Positions 23,654 to 35,856 of a stretch of DNA of 64,000 bases are shown here, one piece after another; position 1 is the stretch's first letter; each line of letters starts with the position of its first letter. This stretch comes from Pseudogymnoascus verrucosus (taxonomy: Eukaryota). The stretch lies in the NCBI GenBank assembly GCA_001662655.1, contig KV460221.1, one strand, 5' to 3'. A program made the translations under genes and the position numbers. Under the pieces are notes generated by a model. That model did no database searches. It was not told where the DNA came from and saw nothing but the letters and a program-made list of their open reading frames with translations.

Positions 23654-24235
23654 ATGAACGGGCACTACTCCGACGGCGGACTCTACATCCTCCTCTCCCC
23701 CCTCGGCGGCGGATACTACCACCATGCCCTCTACATCCACGTCTCCCACCCCTACGGCATGCTCTACTACCTCAACCCCGCGACCGCGACCTCCCCGTCC
23801 ACCCTATGCGACCAACTGACCGAAGACATTCCCACTTCCCGCACCATCATCGCAGCTCTCCTCATCGACCCCGACGTCCGCGATCACCGTCTCGCGAGCG
23901 CGCATGACATTTTAGTCGACACCCCTGTCCCTCCAGTCTCTACTTCTGCTAGCACTTCCGCAGATATCGCGAGCGCCAGCAGCGCTTGGGTCTTCTCAGC
24001 ACTCACACGCCTCGGTGCAGCGGTGTTCGGCATCGATGAGCCCGTCGCGCCGTTGATGGAGGATGCTGTGCTCCTAGCTTCCTTTGCGGCCTCGAACGGG
24101 TCGAGCGAGATGAGAGAGTCGAGGACGGTACGGGCGAAGAGGAAGGCGGCGGAGATGTGGGAAGTGAGGAAGTGTGGTGTTAGTGGGTGTGAGACTTGTG
24201 CTATGCTTCTCCAGAGGGGGTGTATGGATGGGTGA
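23654..24235 (+). CDS. Hypothetical protein, paralog of 21193-21705
   Basis: 193 aa ORF with strong coding-type C-to-G codon bias and colinear similarity to the 21193 ORF. Confidence 0.75.
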   Translation: MNGHYSDGGLYILLSPLGGGYYHHALYIHVSHPYGMLYYLNPATATSPSTLCDQLTEDIPTSRTIIAALLIDPDVRDHRLASAHDILVDTPVPPVSTSASTSADIASASSAWVFSALTRLGAAVFGIDEPVAPLMEDAVLLASFAASNGSSEMRESRTVRAKRKAAEMWEVRKCGVSGCETCAMLLQRGCMDG

Positions 24236-24551
24236 AGGTCACGGTGGTGAGTTTTGAGGCTGCAAAAAGGTAAGCAGAATGGGCAGGATTGGAAGTTGGG
24301 GTCGGCAAGCTAATGCGATTAGGACATGCTGAGACGCATTCATGGCACAAATATAAACAGGCGAAGTCGGTAGATTGATGGAATTTGTGAGAGCTAAACG
24401 ACTGAATTATATTTTCGAGGACCCAGATGAGGCATTTCTACGGACACGGGATATATAAGCAAACACACCATCAACACATATCCAACATCCTACCCTCATT
24501 CGCCCCATCCTCATCGGTTCTTCGACCCCGACGAAAGCAACGAAACCTTAC

Positions 24552-25392
24552 TCACAAGTTCTTCTTGATGAAGTTCAGGACAGTCTGATACCCCTTCTCA
24601 TACTCCTTCACCACCTCCGGGTTATCCAAATCGCCCCTCGCCGCCATCCACCCATGGATCATCTTATCCCAAGTCTCAACATGTTTCACAACCTTCAAGT
24701 TCTTATCAAACGCCTCCACATCCTTCTTACTCTCATCCATACTGGCCAGCAGCACATGCGGGATCGTGATCTTCGCGGCGTCCTCACCACTCACACCGGC
24801 CGGGTGACACTGCACACTGACCGCCCACGGGGTGTTCTCCGCAGAAGTAAGCGAAATGATCTTCCCGCCCCAGCAGTACCCTAGCCCGACCCATTTCTCG
24901 ATCTTCGGCGACGCCTTCTTGAAGCTCTCTAGGAAGCGATGTGTCTTCTCGCAGCCCGCGGGGAAGTCGCCGTGCTGCTTAAACCAGTTGCCGAGCTTGT
25001 CAGCTGTGGCAGCGGTGGGGGGGTACCATTCGAGCGGGCAGGGATCGTTGTCCCAGAAGTCGGGGACGAAGACGCGGTAGGTGGAGTCGCAGGAGAGGAT
25101 GTCGGCGCCTTGGAGGGTTTGGGGGTAGTAGCCGAAGATGTCGGCTACGACGAAGATGCCGGTGGTGGCGGAGGGGGAGCCGGTGACGTCTGGGCGTGTT
25201 AGTTGGAAGGTGATAGAGGGGAGGGGACCCGGAAGGGTGGGAGAGGGACGAACAGGTCTTGATGCCGTCGATGGTCTCGTAGGTGCCCTTTGCCTTGTAC
25301 TCCTTCTCGGGGACGATCGGAGGGATGGTGCAGCAGGCCTTGGAGTGCCCGGAGATCTTCTCGACGTGCTCGACGGGGGATGGCTTAGACAT
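24552..25392 (-). CDS. Dienelactone hydrolase family protein
   Basis: 'GHSKACCTIPP', 'DIFGYYPQTLQGADIL', nucleophile elbow 'GYCWGGK', 'HGWMAARGDL'; one intron at ~25192-25252. Confidence 0.92.
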
Positions 25393-25863
25393 CGTGAGAG
25401 GTTGTTTATGAAAGTATCGAGTGTTGCGGTGGTTAATAAGTGTTGTTGGGAAGAAAGAAGGGCGGATTGGGAGTTTTATCACGGAGGAGGGGTGATGTAG
25501 ACGTAATGGCAGGGCTGTGGAGAGCCGTGCGGGCCAATAACACCACATTTGGCCGGGAATGGATTTGAAGCTCGGTAGTTTGGGGTTGGTCGGGATTAAG
25601 GAGATGGAGATCAAGAGTATAGGTGGTTGGGTTTAACTGAGCTCCTCAAACGACAGGAAAGGCTCAATTCAATTACTTTATTGAGGTCTCATTGTATATA
25701 ATCATATAATTGAGCTACGAGGCTGACAACATGAGTTCTCATTATTCTTTGTTCTTTTGTAGGGCTTGTTTACATTCCATGATCGTCATTACCAGCTACC
25801 AGCGTCATCATCCCAGCCGAAGAAGGAATGGTGGGGGCGGGGTAGCTAGGTCACAAATTCTAG

Positions 25864-25883
25864 TCACGTGATTGTTCACGTGA
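25864..25883. promoter_or_regulatory. Tandem palindromic TCACGTGA E-boxes in the divergent DLH/esterase intergenic region
   Basis: TCACGTGA at 25864-25871 and 25876-25883; bHLH-type site, function inferred. Confidence 0.4.
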
Positions 25884-26606
25884 TTATAAGGGACTGGCTC
25901 CTCGATAAGGGTCGGTCTAGCAAGGTTACGTCTTTTACATTGATAATTCGATATTAAATACGATTCCCAGGGGTTATCCGTGTTGCATTCTACTCAATTT
26001 ACACATCTATCCCCCCCGTATGCAAACTAGCGACCAAACGGATAAATAGCATGGAATAAAGAATATGAAATATGGAATGGTTGGGGATTATCATCTCGGT
26101 TCCGGCCCGAAACAGGCAAACACTCCGTAAATCCATCCCTACCGTCCCAATGAGCCCCAATCCCAGCTCCAACGACGTCAACGTGCAGGAACGCGAACGC
26201 TATGAACGCCATCGGGTCGTGAATTGTCATACTGTAAACAAATTATTCCGGGGAAGGACGAGGCTCTGCTCCTCTATTATCTATCTCCTTCATTCTCTCC
26301 ACTAAAGGTGTCAAAAGTGTCACTTCTTTCAGCCTAATGGTGCAGATCCGAAATAGGTAAAGCTATAGGTATAGGTAGTCCCCCTCTTTGTCTTCTTTTA
26401 CTTGTTTGTCTCGCTTCGTTTGCATCTGCATCTACATCTACATATTAAGCTACATTTCAAGCTTTTATCCAAGACTTCACTCATATATCTCCTAGTCTTC
26501 TACATATACCCAAGACTAAGATCCTCTCCCCCAACCCAAAGTTCAACGAGCCAAGCCAAGCCAGATCAACAAGTTCAATCAAGCCAAACCACCACAAACC
26601 TCACTT

Positions 26607-27629
26607 ATGGCCTCTGATCTCTTCCTCCCAGAGGCTCCCCCCCTCAGCCCAGCCTGGCTAGCCTACGAAAAGTCCAAGGGCCACGTCGAAGCCCCAAGTC
26701 CCCAAGAAGACATCACCCCCGCCGACGCCCTCCGACTCCGCCAACGCAGCTACGCCAAAACCTGTCGCGACCGCAATGAGCGTCTAACCTCCCCCACCGG
26801 CCCCTCCCACGCCCTCCTCTCCAACATCCAAACCCACCCCGACTCCACCCAATCCCCCGACGGCGCCACAATCCACCTCCGCATCTACATCCCCACGTCC
26901 CTCACACACCCCCAAGACTTCATCATCTACTACCACGGCGGCGGCCTCTGCGTCGGCGACCTCGACAGCGAGGACCTCCAGTGTCGCCGCCTCGCGAAGG
27001 ATCTAGGCATCAAAGTCGTCTCAGTCGAGTACCGTCTCTTCCCCGACCACTCCCCCGACACCGCCGTCGCCGACGCCTGGGCCGCCTTCATCGGCATCGC
27101 GAAGCTGTGGAAATACAACACCGACCAGGAACCCGGCCGCGTCTACATAGTCGGCAGTTCCTCCGGGGCCCAACTCGCCGCGCAAACCGCGCAGCGCGCG
27201 CGCGGGACTCCATATCTCATCTCCGGGCTCGTCCTCCGCTGCCCCGTCACCGTCGACGCGAGTAAAGGCGGTGTCTCGATTCCGCAGCGCTACGAGGATC
27301 GCCATACCAGTTTCAGCCCGTCGTTCGGGACGAGTCTGCTCGGGTTTGACGCGGATAACCATCTCCCCATGGCGAGGGATATGCCGTTGAACGCGGAGAG
27401 TTTCGCGGGGATGCCGCCGACGTTTCTGCAGCTGTGCACGAATGATATTTTTTACAGCGATGGAGCGTGCTTTGCTGAGGCGCTGGGGGAGGCGGGGAAT
27501 GAGCTCGTGACGGATGTGATGGTGGGGTGGCCGCATACGTTTTGGTTGAAGGCGCCGGAGCTGGAGGAGGCGGGGGAGGCGGATGGGAGGGTGATTGGGT
27601 GGTTGAGGCAGAGGGCTGGGGCGGAGTAG
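26607..27629 (+). CDS. Alpha/beta hydrolase, hormone-sensitive lipase (Abhydrolase_3) family esterase
   Basis: HGGG oxyanion motif, 'VSVEYRL.P', GSSSG nucleophile, putative Asp (TNDIF) and His (WPHTF). Confidence 0.9.
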   Translation: MASDLFLPEAPPLSPAWLAYEKSKGHVEAPSPQEDITPADALRLRQRSYAKTCRDRNERLTSPTGPSHALLSNIQTHPDSTQSPDGATIHLRIYIPTSLTHPQDFIIYYHGGGLCVGDLDSEDLQCRRLAKDLGIKVVSVEYRLFPDHSPDTAVADAWAAFIGIAKLWKYNTDQEPGRVYIVGSSSGAQLAAQTAQRARGTPYLISGLVLRCPVTVDASKGGVSIPQRYEDRHTSFSPSFGTSLLGFDADNHLPMARDMPLNAESFAGMPPTFLQLCTNDIFYSDGACFAEALGEAGNELVTDVMVGWPHTFWLKAPELEEAGEADGRVIGWLRQRAGAE

Positions 27630-27998
27630 AGGGGGTAAATGGGGGCGTTTTAGATGAGATGAGATACCAAGAGTGCGATAGAGGGAGATACCATACAAGG
27701 GGCTGGCACCATTTGTAGGTGCAGAATGAGATTTGTCCGATAGCCAATGCAATTCAATCATGAATCAATCCATTCGTGTCAGAGTGCATATGTAAATAGT
27801 TTGATAACGACCATTACACTAGCTAGTTACTTCTAATTCACCGTCGTGCCGCCGTATCGCGTCATGTCCTGCTGTTATGTTCGCTCACGGAGATATCAAA
27901 AAGCGCTATCAAACCACACACCGACAGCGCCAGAATCATAACCCAGGTATCCCCCCCAAACGCCCATCACCAACCCCCCACCAACCCACCTCATCCCC

Positions 27999-30900
27999 TC
28001 ACCCAAACCTCAACACAATCTTCCAACTCAGCGCCCTCGCCTCCCGAATCGAGCACGCAATACAATTCCTCCCCTTCCTACTCACAAGTGCATTATACCC
28101 CTTCTCCGCGCACCACGCGCGCGCCAACATCTCAAGATCGCTACCGAAGCGGCGCTTGCGCGAGACGTGCGCGCTCTGCGCCGGGTGCGCGTCTAGAGCT
28201 TCTACCTCGGGCGGGTCGGGCTCGGTGCAGTCGATGACGAAGATCTCGGTGCTGGAGGTGTGGAGGGAGAGGAGGGGGGGAGGGGCGGCGGGGGAAGCGA
28301 AGACGACGGAGGAGAGGGTGTGGCGGGAGAAATTGTAGGATTTGTGGAGGGCGTGGCCTGGGTTTGTTAGTTGCGGCTTTTTGAGAGGTCAGGGGATAGG
28401 ATAATGGGCTTACCTGTGAATAAAGTGTGTGGCCCCGAGGATGTACTGTCAAGCTGTGCGGCCGGCGATCCTGGGTTTGTCGACGATTGAACTAATCGCG
28501 TGTGTAACGATGGGACGCAAGGGTGGGCAGTGACGAATTGAACGTCGTATGTGAGCGCAAAATTCATAGATTTCGTAGGTTCATCCGACGGCTTGACGGT
28601 GAATTGCAGCATGGCGGAATATGTACGGACATTGGGCTTGTCTGCAGTTTCAACACCGGGTCCATCCTCTTCGAGTGGTGAGGACTCGGCAGAGTCAAGG
28701 CCAGTAAATAGATCGAGAGATTCCAAATTTACTTCTAGGTTCACCGGATCAGGAACGTCGGCACGTGGCAGCGTGAAGTCTCCTGGGAGAATCGTCCTGG
28801 CATCTCCATCTCCGAGAACATGGGACTCGCGCTCCACTGTAGATTTCTTCCAGATACGGGCGGCATGGGGCCCTTCTTCTCCATCTGAACGAGGCTCCAA
28901 TTCCACATCGACACTTACCCAGCCTTCGACAACCCCCTTTGGCTTTACAGGCGACGATAGCCAGCCCATACACTCACTCGCGCCCTTTCCGGCAGCAAGG
29001 ACTCTACCAATAATGCAAGCCGTGCTCCAGAAGCTTTGCCCCGAGTACACAAAGCCGCCATAGAGATTGGCGTCGCCTCCTAACCTTGCGACTGCAACCT
29101 CGTCGTTTTCAAGCAACGTCGACATCATTAAATGGCTCAATCCCTCCCCAGGCAGAATTAGGCCCGTCAGATATGATTTCGAGAGCCACCCCGAAGGATG
29201 GAACATATTCGGCTTTCCACCCATAGACAGGCCTCTTCGGATACCTGGTCGCCCAATTCCTGCGAAATATGACGATCGCTGCGTAGTCATGGAGAGGGAT
29301 GTTCCAGCCTGTGAAGCGCGGTCAGAAAGAGTGCTTCCAGTGCCGTCACTGCCCTTCTCGAGGTCGATAGCAAATTTCTCGGCAATACGCTCAGCTCCTG
29401 GCCACCTCATCTTTCGAGAGAAGCGGATCAGTCCGTTGATTTGTCTTCTCTGGCGCCTGCCTTGGAAGTCTACCGTGTGTAAGGCGATAAGGTCAAACTC
29501 TTCATGCTGAGGAGTTACAGCCTGTTTAATTGATGACAGCCACCCCGTATGTCGTTTCTCATGCTCTGGCGGCTGTTGCTCCGATGGTTGTTGGACTGAC
29601 TGTGTGATCTTAATATTCTCAAGCCACAACCTGGCTAGTAAAAGCGACCATTTCACAGGTCTTGTGACATCTCTTTCGAACCTCTGTATTTCTTCCGCTG
29701 TTATAAGCCCGGGATCCTGTTGTGCGCTTCGGCTAACCGCGTCAAGTCTGACAACAAGCTCGGAAGACAATAATATCTGAAGCAGTAGCCAAAATTGCTG
29801 GCTCTCGTGTCTGTGCTCTTCTTCTTCGCCATCGACATCAACTTCCTCTTCCTGGTCAGGTTGGTAAGACGGGCCCCACAGAGTCTGCCCAAGCCTTATC
29901 CGCCATTCCACATTGCTAAAATCGACCCAGATGCCAGGCTCTGTGAGAACGCTCACTAGAGTCTCAATTTGTACGTGGAAGCTGGTGGGGTCATCGTCAT
30001 CAGTGACACGCGTCGGTGGGAACGAAACTTGTGTGAAGAGTTCTGTGTACATCTCTACTGATGTCTTCGAAACCGGGGGTTTTGCGTGGTATGCTAATCC
30101 CATCTCGGTCAGTTTCGACACAACTGAAGCTTCACTTAGTGGTCTTAGCCCACGCTTCTTCCCCTTCAAAAACTTGACTCTGAGTGATTGTAGAGTCTTT
30201 TCGTCCTCATGGGGTTTGTCGTCGTGAAGCGCATCCGCAACCGCAACTTCAAGTGCGGCCTGAAACCCAACGGTCCCTCGTTCCAAGCCTTGCATACTGA
30301 GCATATTTGGCCTCTCTTTACAACGAGGGACAAAGTGTGGGGTTTTATTTTCTTTCTCTTCGGTAGCCTGTTCTACAACCGCGTCTCCTTTTTGCTTCCG
30401 AATGATGTGCGGGGTCGTGGTGACGCATCCCCAAGCTTTCTCTTCTATTTGTCCATGGTCGCTCAGATCCCGTATCTCCAATTCCTCGTTCCAAGGGAAG
30501 GCAACTGAAGGGTGCGGCGCTCCGGCATGGTGTCCCTCTGACCGGACAAAGAATTGGGGTGCTCCAGAAAAGAGTTTGTGTATATCGGAAAGGGTGAGCG
30601 GCTGGATAATGCGCTTCAGCTGTATTCCAGATTTGACGGGCTGCTTGGTCGACTCAGAGTCGTTGAATGGAGGCGGAGGAGGCAATGGCTTGTTCGGATC
30701 GGATGCGGGAGTCGCCTTTCCTTGAGTTGGTGATTGAAGGGGCGTTTGCTGTACAGAATCGCTGGTTAAAACCGTGGTCGCAAGTGGGCAGTTGGGGCTT
30801 ACACACCTTATTTTGAACATCACCATCAGCTCCAGGTCGCGGACCAGTGCTGGATCGAGTTCTGCCCAAAAAGCTTCGGAAGAAGTCGCCTCTTGTTGAC

Positions 30901-31064
30901 AATCTCCGACTGGATCTGTCCTTCTTGTTGGTGTCAACATTGGCAATATTATCGCGGGTAACGTTATCGCGGGCAGTATTATCGCTGGTCTCGACTGTTT
31001 GTGGCGGTTGTTCAGCCTTGCGCTTCGGTCTTGAGCGCTTGAGCAGCGATGAAAATGACGGCAT
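27999..31064 (-). CDS. Large conserved fungal hypothetical protein, 3 predicted exons
   Basis: Start MPSFSSLLKR at 31064, long internal exon ('LFSGAPQF', 'ERPNMLS..GLE.GT.G', 'WRIRLGQ.LW', 'LILPGEGLSH'), last exon 'ARAWCAEKG.NALVSR....CIACSIREA.A'. Confidence 0.8.
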
Positions 31065-32193
31065 TCTCGCTGGAATGAAGCCCTGGCTATAACTCCATTG
31101 GAAAACAATAGGGAATACGGGGATTTCAATTACTAGACAAGAAGATGAGGAGAGAGGATGACGGAAGGTAAATGAAAGAGTAGTGCCAAGACTTTGACTC
31201 CGGTCCAGAAGCGTCGACCGACGGCTCCTGCAATATATACTAGAATGACTAGAAGGTGCATACAGTATTGATTGTCATTACCCACAAAATCATAGCGGTG
31301 TATGTATCCGAAGTTTGCAGACGTAGTAATTGTAATAAGTTGATTAAATGCACCAGGCACGAACCCTTCAGTTCAGGTGGTGTCATGAAGGGAAATTCAG
31401 CCACAGAAACACGGTGAGTGAAGCCACTTAATGGTTCAAATGAGTTCCCCCCCATAAAGTTTCGTGGGGTTCGTGATGGGGGTGATATTGATTGGTGGCA
31501 TATCGATATACTGTGGGCTGTGTGGGCTATTGTGGGCTGAGACCCAAATTCTGATACATGCTTACTTTGTAGGAGGATTCTTCAGCCCCAGAATCTTCAA
31601 ATTACCCGTGTTCCATGTGTGTTCCATAGGATAAATAACTGTGATGCACGGTGCAAGTACTGCTAATTTGGCAAAGATGACGCGGTTACCCCCGTCCCGA
31701 AATACACCCGAGGCGTTACAGCAACTAGGGGATCTTCAGAACAGTAAAATGAGCACTACCACTACGATAAACTTCTTCTATTCCGCCTCGGCAATCGAAT
31801 ATTTCCTTATTCCCATTCTTCTATGGGATTTGCGTTGGTTTCACATGTCCAGACAGAGAATCTAGCAAGGCTTAATTTAGCCCCTTGCGTCGCATCACCG
31901 AAGTTCGTTCAAAAGTCAAGCAACGTAGATCAGATATAGCGAACAAATATAGCGAGCACTTACTCACGACCCCCTATATCGTTCTTGCTATAGGGCAACG
32001 AGAAGAAGTATGCATTGAAGTTTGGCAATCTTACACGTGTAAAGTAGAGTTAGAGGTATTTACCCGATTTCCTATATACAGCCTATGGCAACTATGTAAA
32101 AGAAGTCAACATCCTAGAGACGAAACTCTCAAGTCCCTTAATCCCAACCCATAACCCCCAACATCGCCTCAGCCACCCCTCAGATCCAGCGGT

Positions 32194-33291
32194 CTATCCG
32201 AGATTCTTCAACGTGTCAATGTAGTACGAGTACCCAATACCACTCGGCGGCTCCATGCTGTACATGTAGTCTCCCCACCATGGGCCACCACCCCACCACA
32301 AGGCGCCAACCCACGCGTCGGTGTTCTTTGCCATGTACTGAAGCATACCGGTGACGGCGGACTTGCACTGGTCGTTGGCACCACCGGCGAATTCACCGAT
32401 GATTCCCTTCTTCCCGTTCGCCTTCAGCCACTCGGTCGCGGCTTGGATGCGCTCTTGGCCGATGGTGGCAGAGACGCAAGCCTCGCTCGTTCCGGATCCG
32501 TCGGAATCGAGGTATTGATGCATCTCGTAGACGATCTTGTCCGAGGGGTCAGTCAGGGCGGCGAGAGCGGTGTTGCCGGATGTGGTCCTGAGATTGTTAG
32601 TGTGGTGCTCGAAGATTCAGGGGAAAGTGGCTTACCAAGTCCAAGCGCCGCTGTAGGAGGTCCCCTCGACGAAGATGGTCTGGGAAGTGGCACCGGCGGC
32701 ACGGATACCGTTGATGCAGCCCTGGTTCAGCTGAACGACGAGGTCCATGGATGGCATGTCGTGGGGCTCATTGTTGCAGTCAAAGATAACCTTTGAGTCA
32801 GATTTGAACTCAGCAGCAACAGTCTTCCACCATGCCTCGAATCCGGCAGTGTCGGTGATGACTTCTCCGTAGTACCGCGCGAAGTTGTGGGGGTCGATGA
32901 TGGCGTATGCGCCCTTGCCAGTGATGTAGCTGACAATCTTCTTGAGATCGGCGAGGTAGGTTGCGTCGAGGGCTCCGGTCATTGAGTTGGGGACCAGGCG
33001 TTCCATCATCAGGGCAATGCGGAAGATGTTCATCCCATCAGCGACGAGGGTGTCGACGGTTGATCTTTGCATGGTTAGCTTGAGGTCAGGCAAGGGATTC
33101 TATATGACATACGTGACTGGCCATGTGTAGTCAGTCCCCAACACACCAGGCAGGTTCAAGTTGCCGAACTCAGCTCCAGATTCATTGACACCGAAGAACT
33201 CGAAGTTTCCGGCGCGCTTCGCCTTCTTTGGCGGGGCCGCGGTGGCCAGCGCCACTGTGCCGGCAATAACAGCGAGTTTTGAGAAATGCAT
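32194..33291 (-). CDS. Secreted GH5 (GH5_5-like) endo-beta-1,4-glucanase without CBM1
   Basis: Signal peptide; '[10 protein letters not shown]', 'IDPHNFARY', acid/base 'NNEPH', '[13 protein letters not shown]', nucleophile 'IGEFAGG', 'WWGGGPWW'; 2 introns. Confidence 0.95.
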
Positions 33292-35001
33292 TTTGATGGC
33301 TCTGCAAGATATCAGAAGCTGAGCAAGAGAGGTGGGGATAGAGGTCTTTATATACAAAATCTCCCAGCCCACTTTAGAAGCAACATAGCAAGTTTCCATC
33401 CATATGAAGACACGGGCGTTGAATCTCCATGAACGAGAGAGGCATAGTCCAAACTTATTTTACCCACGCGCGCCTCTTCCCAGGAACAAATATATTGCCC
33501 ATTTGTGAATTGCAAGGCACCAGGCGCGTATGGCGTTGAAGATTGGTCAAGACTTTAAGCCATGTGGACGACGATGATATGCATGGAACAATTATATATT
33601 GCTACCCCACACCTTCGAAACGCTAACTAGAGTTGTAAGCCCAAGGTCGACATGGCTTTGGCAATGCCACTTCTCGAGTTTTAACATAACGGATGGCCTT
33701 GACCTTACCATAATAGTCAGACCCTCTCAAGAATGAAGTCCACCAAGAACTATCATCTCCACGAATCTTCCAGGAGAAATAGAAACATGAATCCAATGTT
33801 TACTCGTTGTCTTCACTTTAAACGCCACGATCCGGGGAAAGCTAGGGATTAATTGCCGGCGTACGGGAGGGATCGGCAGTTATGCGGATGTGATATTGCC
33901 CCAGTCGCCTTTTTCCCGGTTTCAAGATTGTCCATCATTTCCATTTCCCATCACTACGATTTCAAGCTTCGCAGGAGTAAGCCACAAAAGGCTTCTACAA
34001 TAGATTAAAGTGATAGATTAAACTGGGCGTGATGCTAGTACGGAGTGTTTTCTTCCGTTATAAATCAGTATGGACAATCATCTCACTATGTAGGTAATCA
34101 GGTAACGTACAATGCGAAATAATTTGCACTTATACTGGTCATCTATCTCAAGGGGATGCCATGTCATGGAGATAGCGACTCCAGACTGTATGCATGTCCG
34201 TCGCAGTTCAGCCGCTGCGTGGCGATATAAATTCAATTGGGATATCGGCAGTATGACGACGAGACAGGCATACTCCGAATTTCGCACAGTACCGTTGCCA
34301 CCGCACCCAACAGCCGACATGAAACCCGATCCATCAGGCCGAGTCTTAGTTATAAGGACCCCTCTTATGACGTAACTCGGTGAAGGATTAACAGGCACGT
34401 CACGGCCCGGCGGGGCGTATTCATGCCGCAAGACCCGCTTCGGCGAAGCGTCATCACCAGCCCACAGGGTCCATTCAGGTCCATTTATATGTCTGACAAC
34501 ATCCCTCCAGTATAAGAACGTGGATCCCACCGATATATCCCGAAGATCAAAGCTGCGGATACTGGGGTAAGTCTGACGCGCATATCTAGGTAACTAGCGA
34601 CTGTCAGAACTTGAAACATAAACCCCTCATTGTTCGTATCGTAGGCCGCCCCGGGCGGCAGCAAGAAGGTTCAGAAAGCTTATACCATGGGAATATCATT
34701 TATTTGCCAATGACGTCGATTGCGGGGTTCTCTGTTTGCTTCACTGCGCCTGCCTTGTTATACGCCCTTCGCTGTCATGTGCCAGAAACCGGCAATTACA
34801 AAGAAACACAGCCTCGCGATGGCGGCGTTTACGAAACGCCGACTGTGAATCAAAACTAGATCCTACGGAGGCTCAGCTCTCTCAAAGACACCATATCTTA
34901 ACCTACAATCCTATCCTACTCCCCCACAACCTTTCTTGCGTATAAAACCCCACCAGTAGACCTCACAGATACAACACCGTTCCATCAAAATCAACGCCAA
35001 G

Positions 35002-35558
35002 ATGCCTTTCTTCAAATCCAAAACCGCAGACGCCGACACAGTCCCCGAGGAGAAATGGATCCCCTACCGCGAGAACGGCGAGGTGAAGTACATGCGCGCC
35101 TCCGAAGCGCAAGACTCCGGGTCCTCAGGCGGCGCCCTGCGACACTCCAAGCCCAGCGCCTGGGGAAACATGGTCGCGCCCGTCGGCTTCGTTGCGCAGG
35201 CGCCGCAGCTGCTGCAGGAGAAGTACACGGACGAGAGCATAATCGTTGCGATCATCACGAATGTTGTGCCTGCGCAGAAACCTACGGTTGTGGAGGGGTA
35301 AGTTGTTCTCCGCCTTGTGTTTGGGTGGGGATGTTTGTGCTAACAAGGGGTCGGGTGGGTAGGAAGAAATCGTTTATGGGTAAATTCAAGAAGGATAAAG
35401 AGCCTTCTACTACTAAGGCGGTGCGGATGCCGAGACGGGAGTATAAGAAGTTCTTTGCGAAGGATAAGGATGGGAAGTATATTGGGACGGAGCCGCAGAG
35501 GGAGTGGACGCAGGAGGAGCTGGAGGATGAGTTTGGGCAGTATCAGAAGGAGGTTTGA
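35002..35558 (+). CDS. Small hypothetical protein (one intron ~35298-35362)
   Basis: GTAAGT...GCTAAC...TAG intron joins to 'KAVRMPRREYKKFFAKDKDGKYIGTEPQREW..EEL'; TATAAAA at ~34941. Confidence 0.7.
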
Positions 35559-35856
35559 GCGTGGGGTTGACATCCCTTTTACGACTTTTTACTCGTTGAT
35601 GGTACTACGATTATGATTATCCTTATGATGCATATCTATGGTTATCGAAGATTTTGTTGATTTAGCAACAATTCAAATTCGTGCGTTTTGATGATATTTG
35701 ACTGCAACATTCCGACAAACATCTCAATTCGGGCATACAAACATCCACCAACGTGTATTAATTGCGGGAGCGAGCATAGTCATATTGAAAACACGACCCA
35801 AAGCCTCATATAAACACACAATAAGCCATACATACATTATCCCACCTATTAATTCC

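Noticed and set aside
28367..31129. 920 aa ORF taken at face value from its listed start
   Set aside because: The N-terminal part is read-through of another frame and an intron; a spliced model starting at 31064 and ending at 27999 fits better.
33400..34600. CreA-like SYGGRG and CGG-triplet sites upstream of the GH5 gene
   Set aside because: Short motifs expected by chance; no clustering strong enough to support without conservation data.
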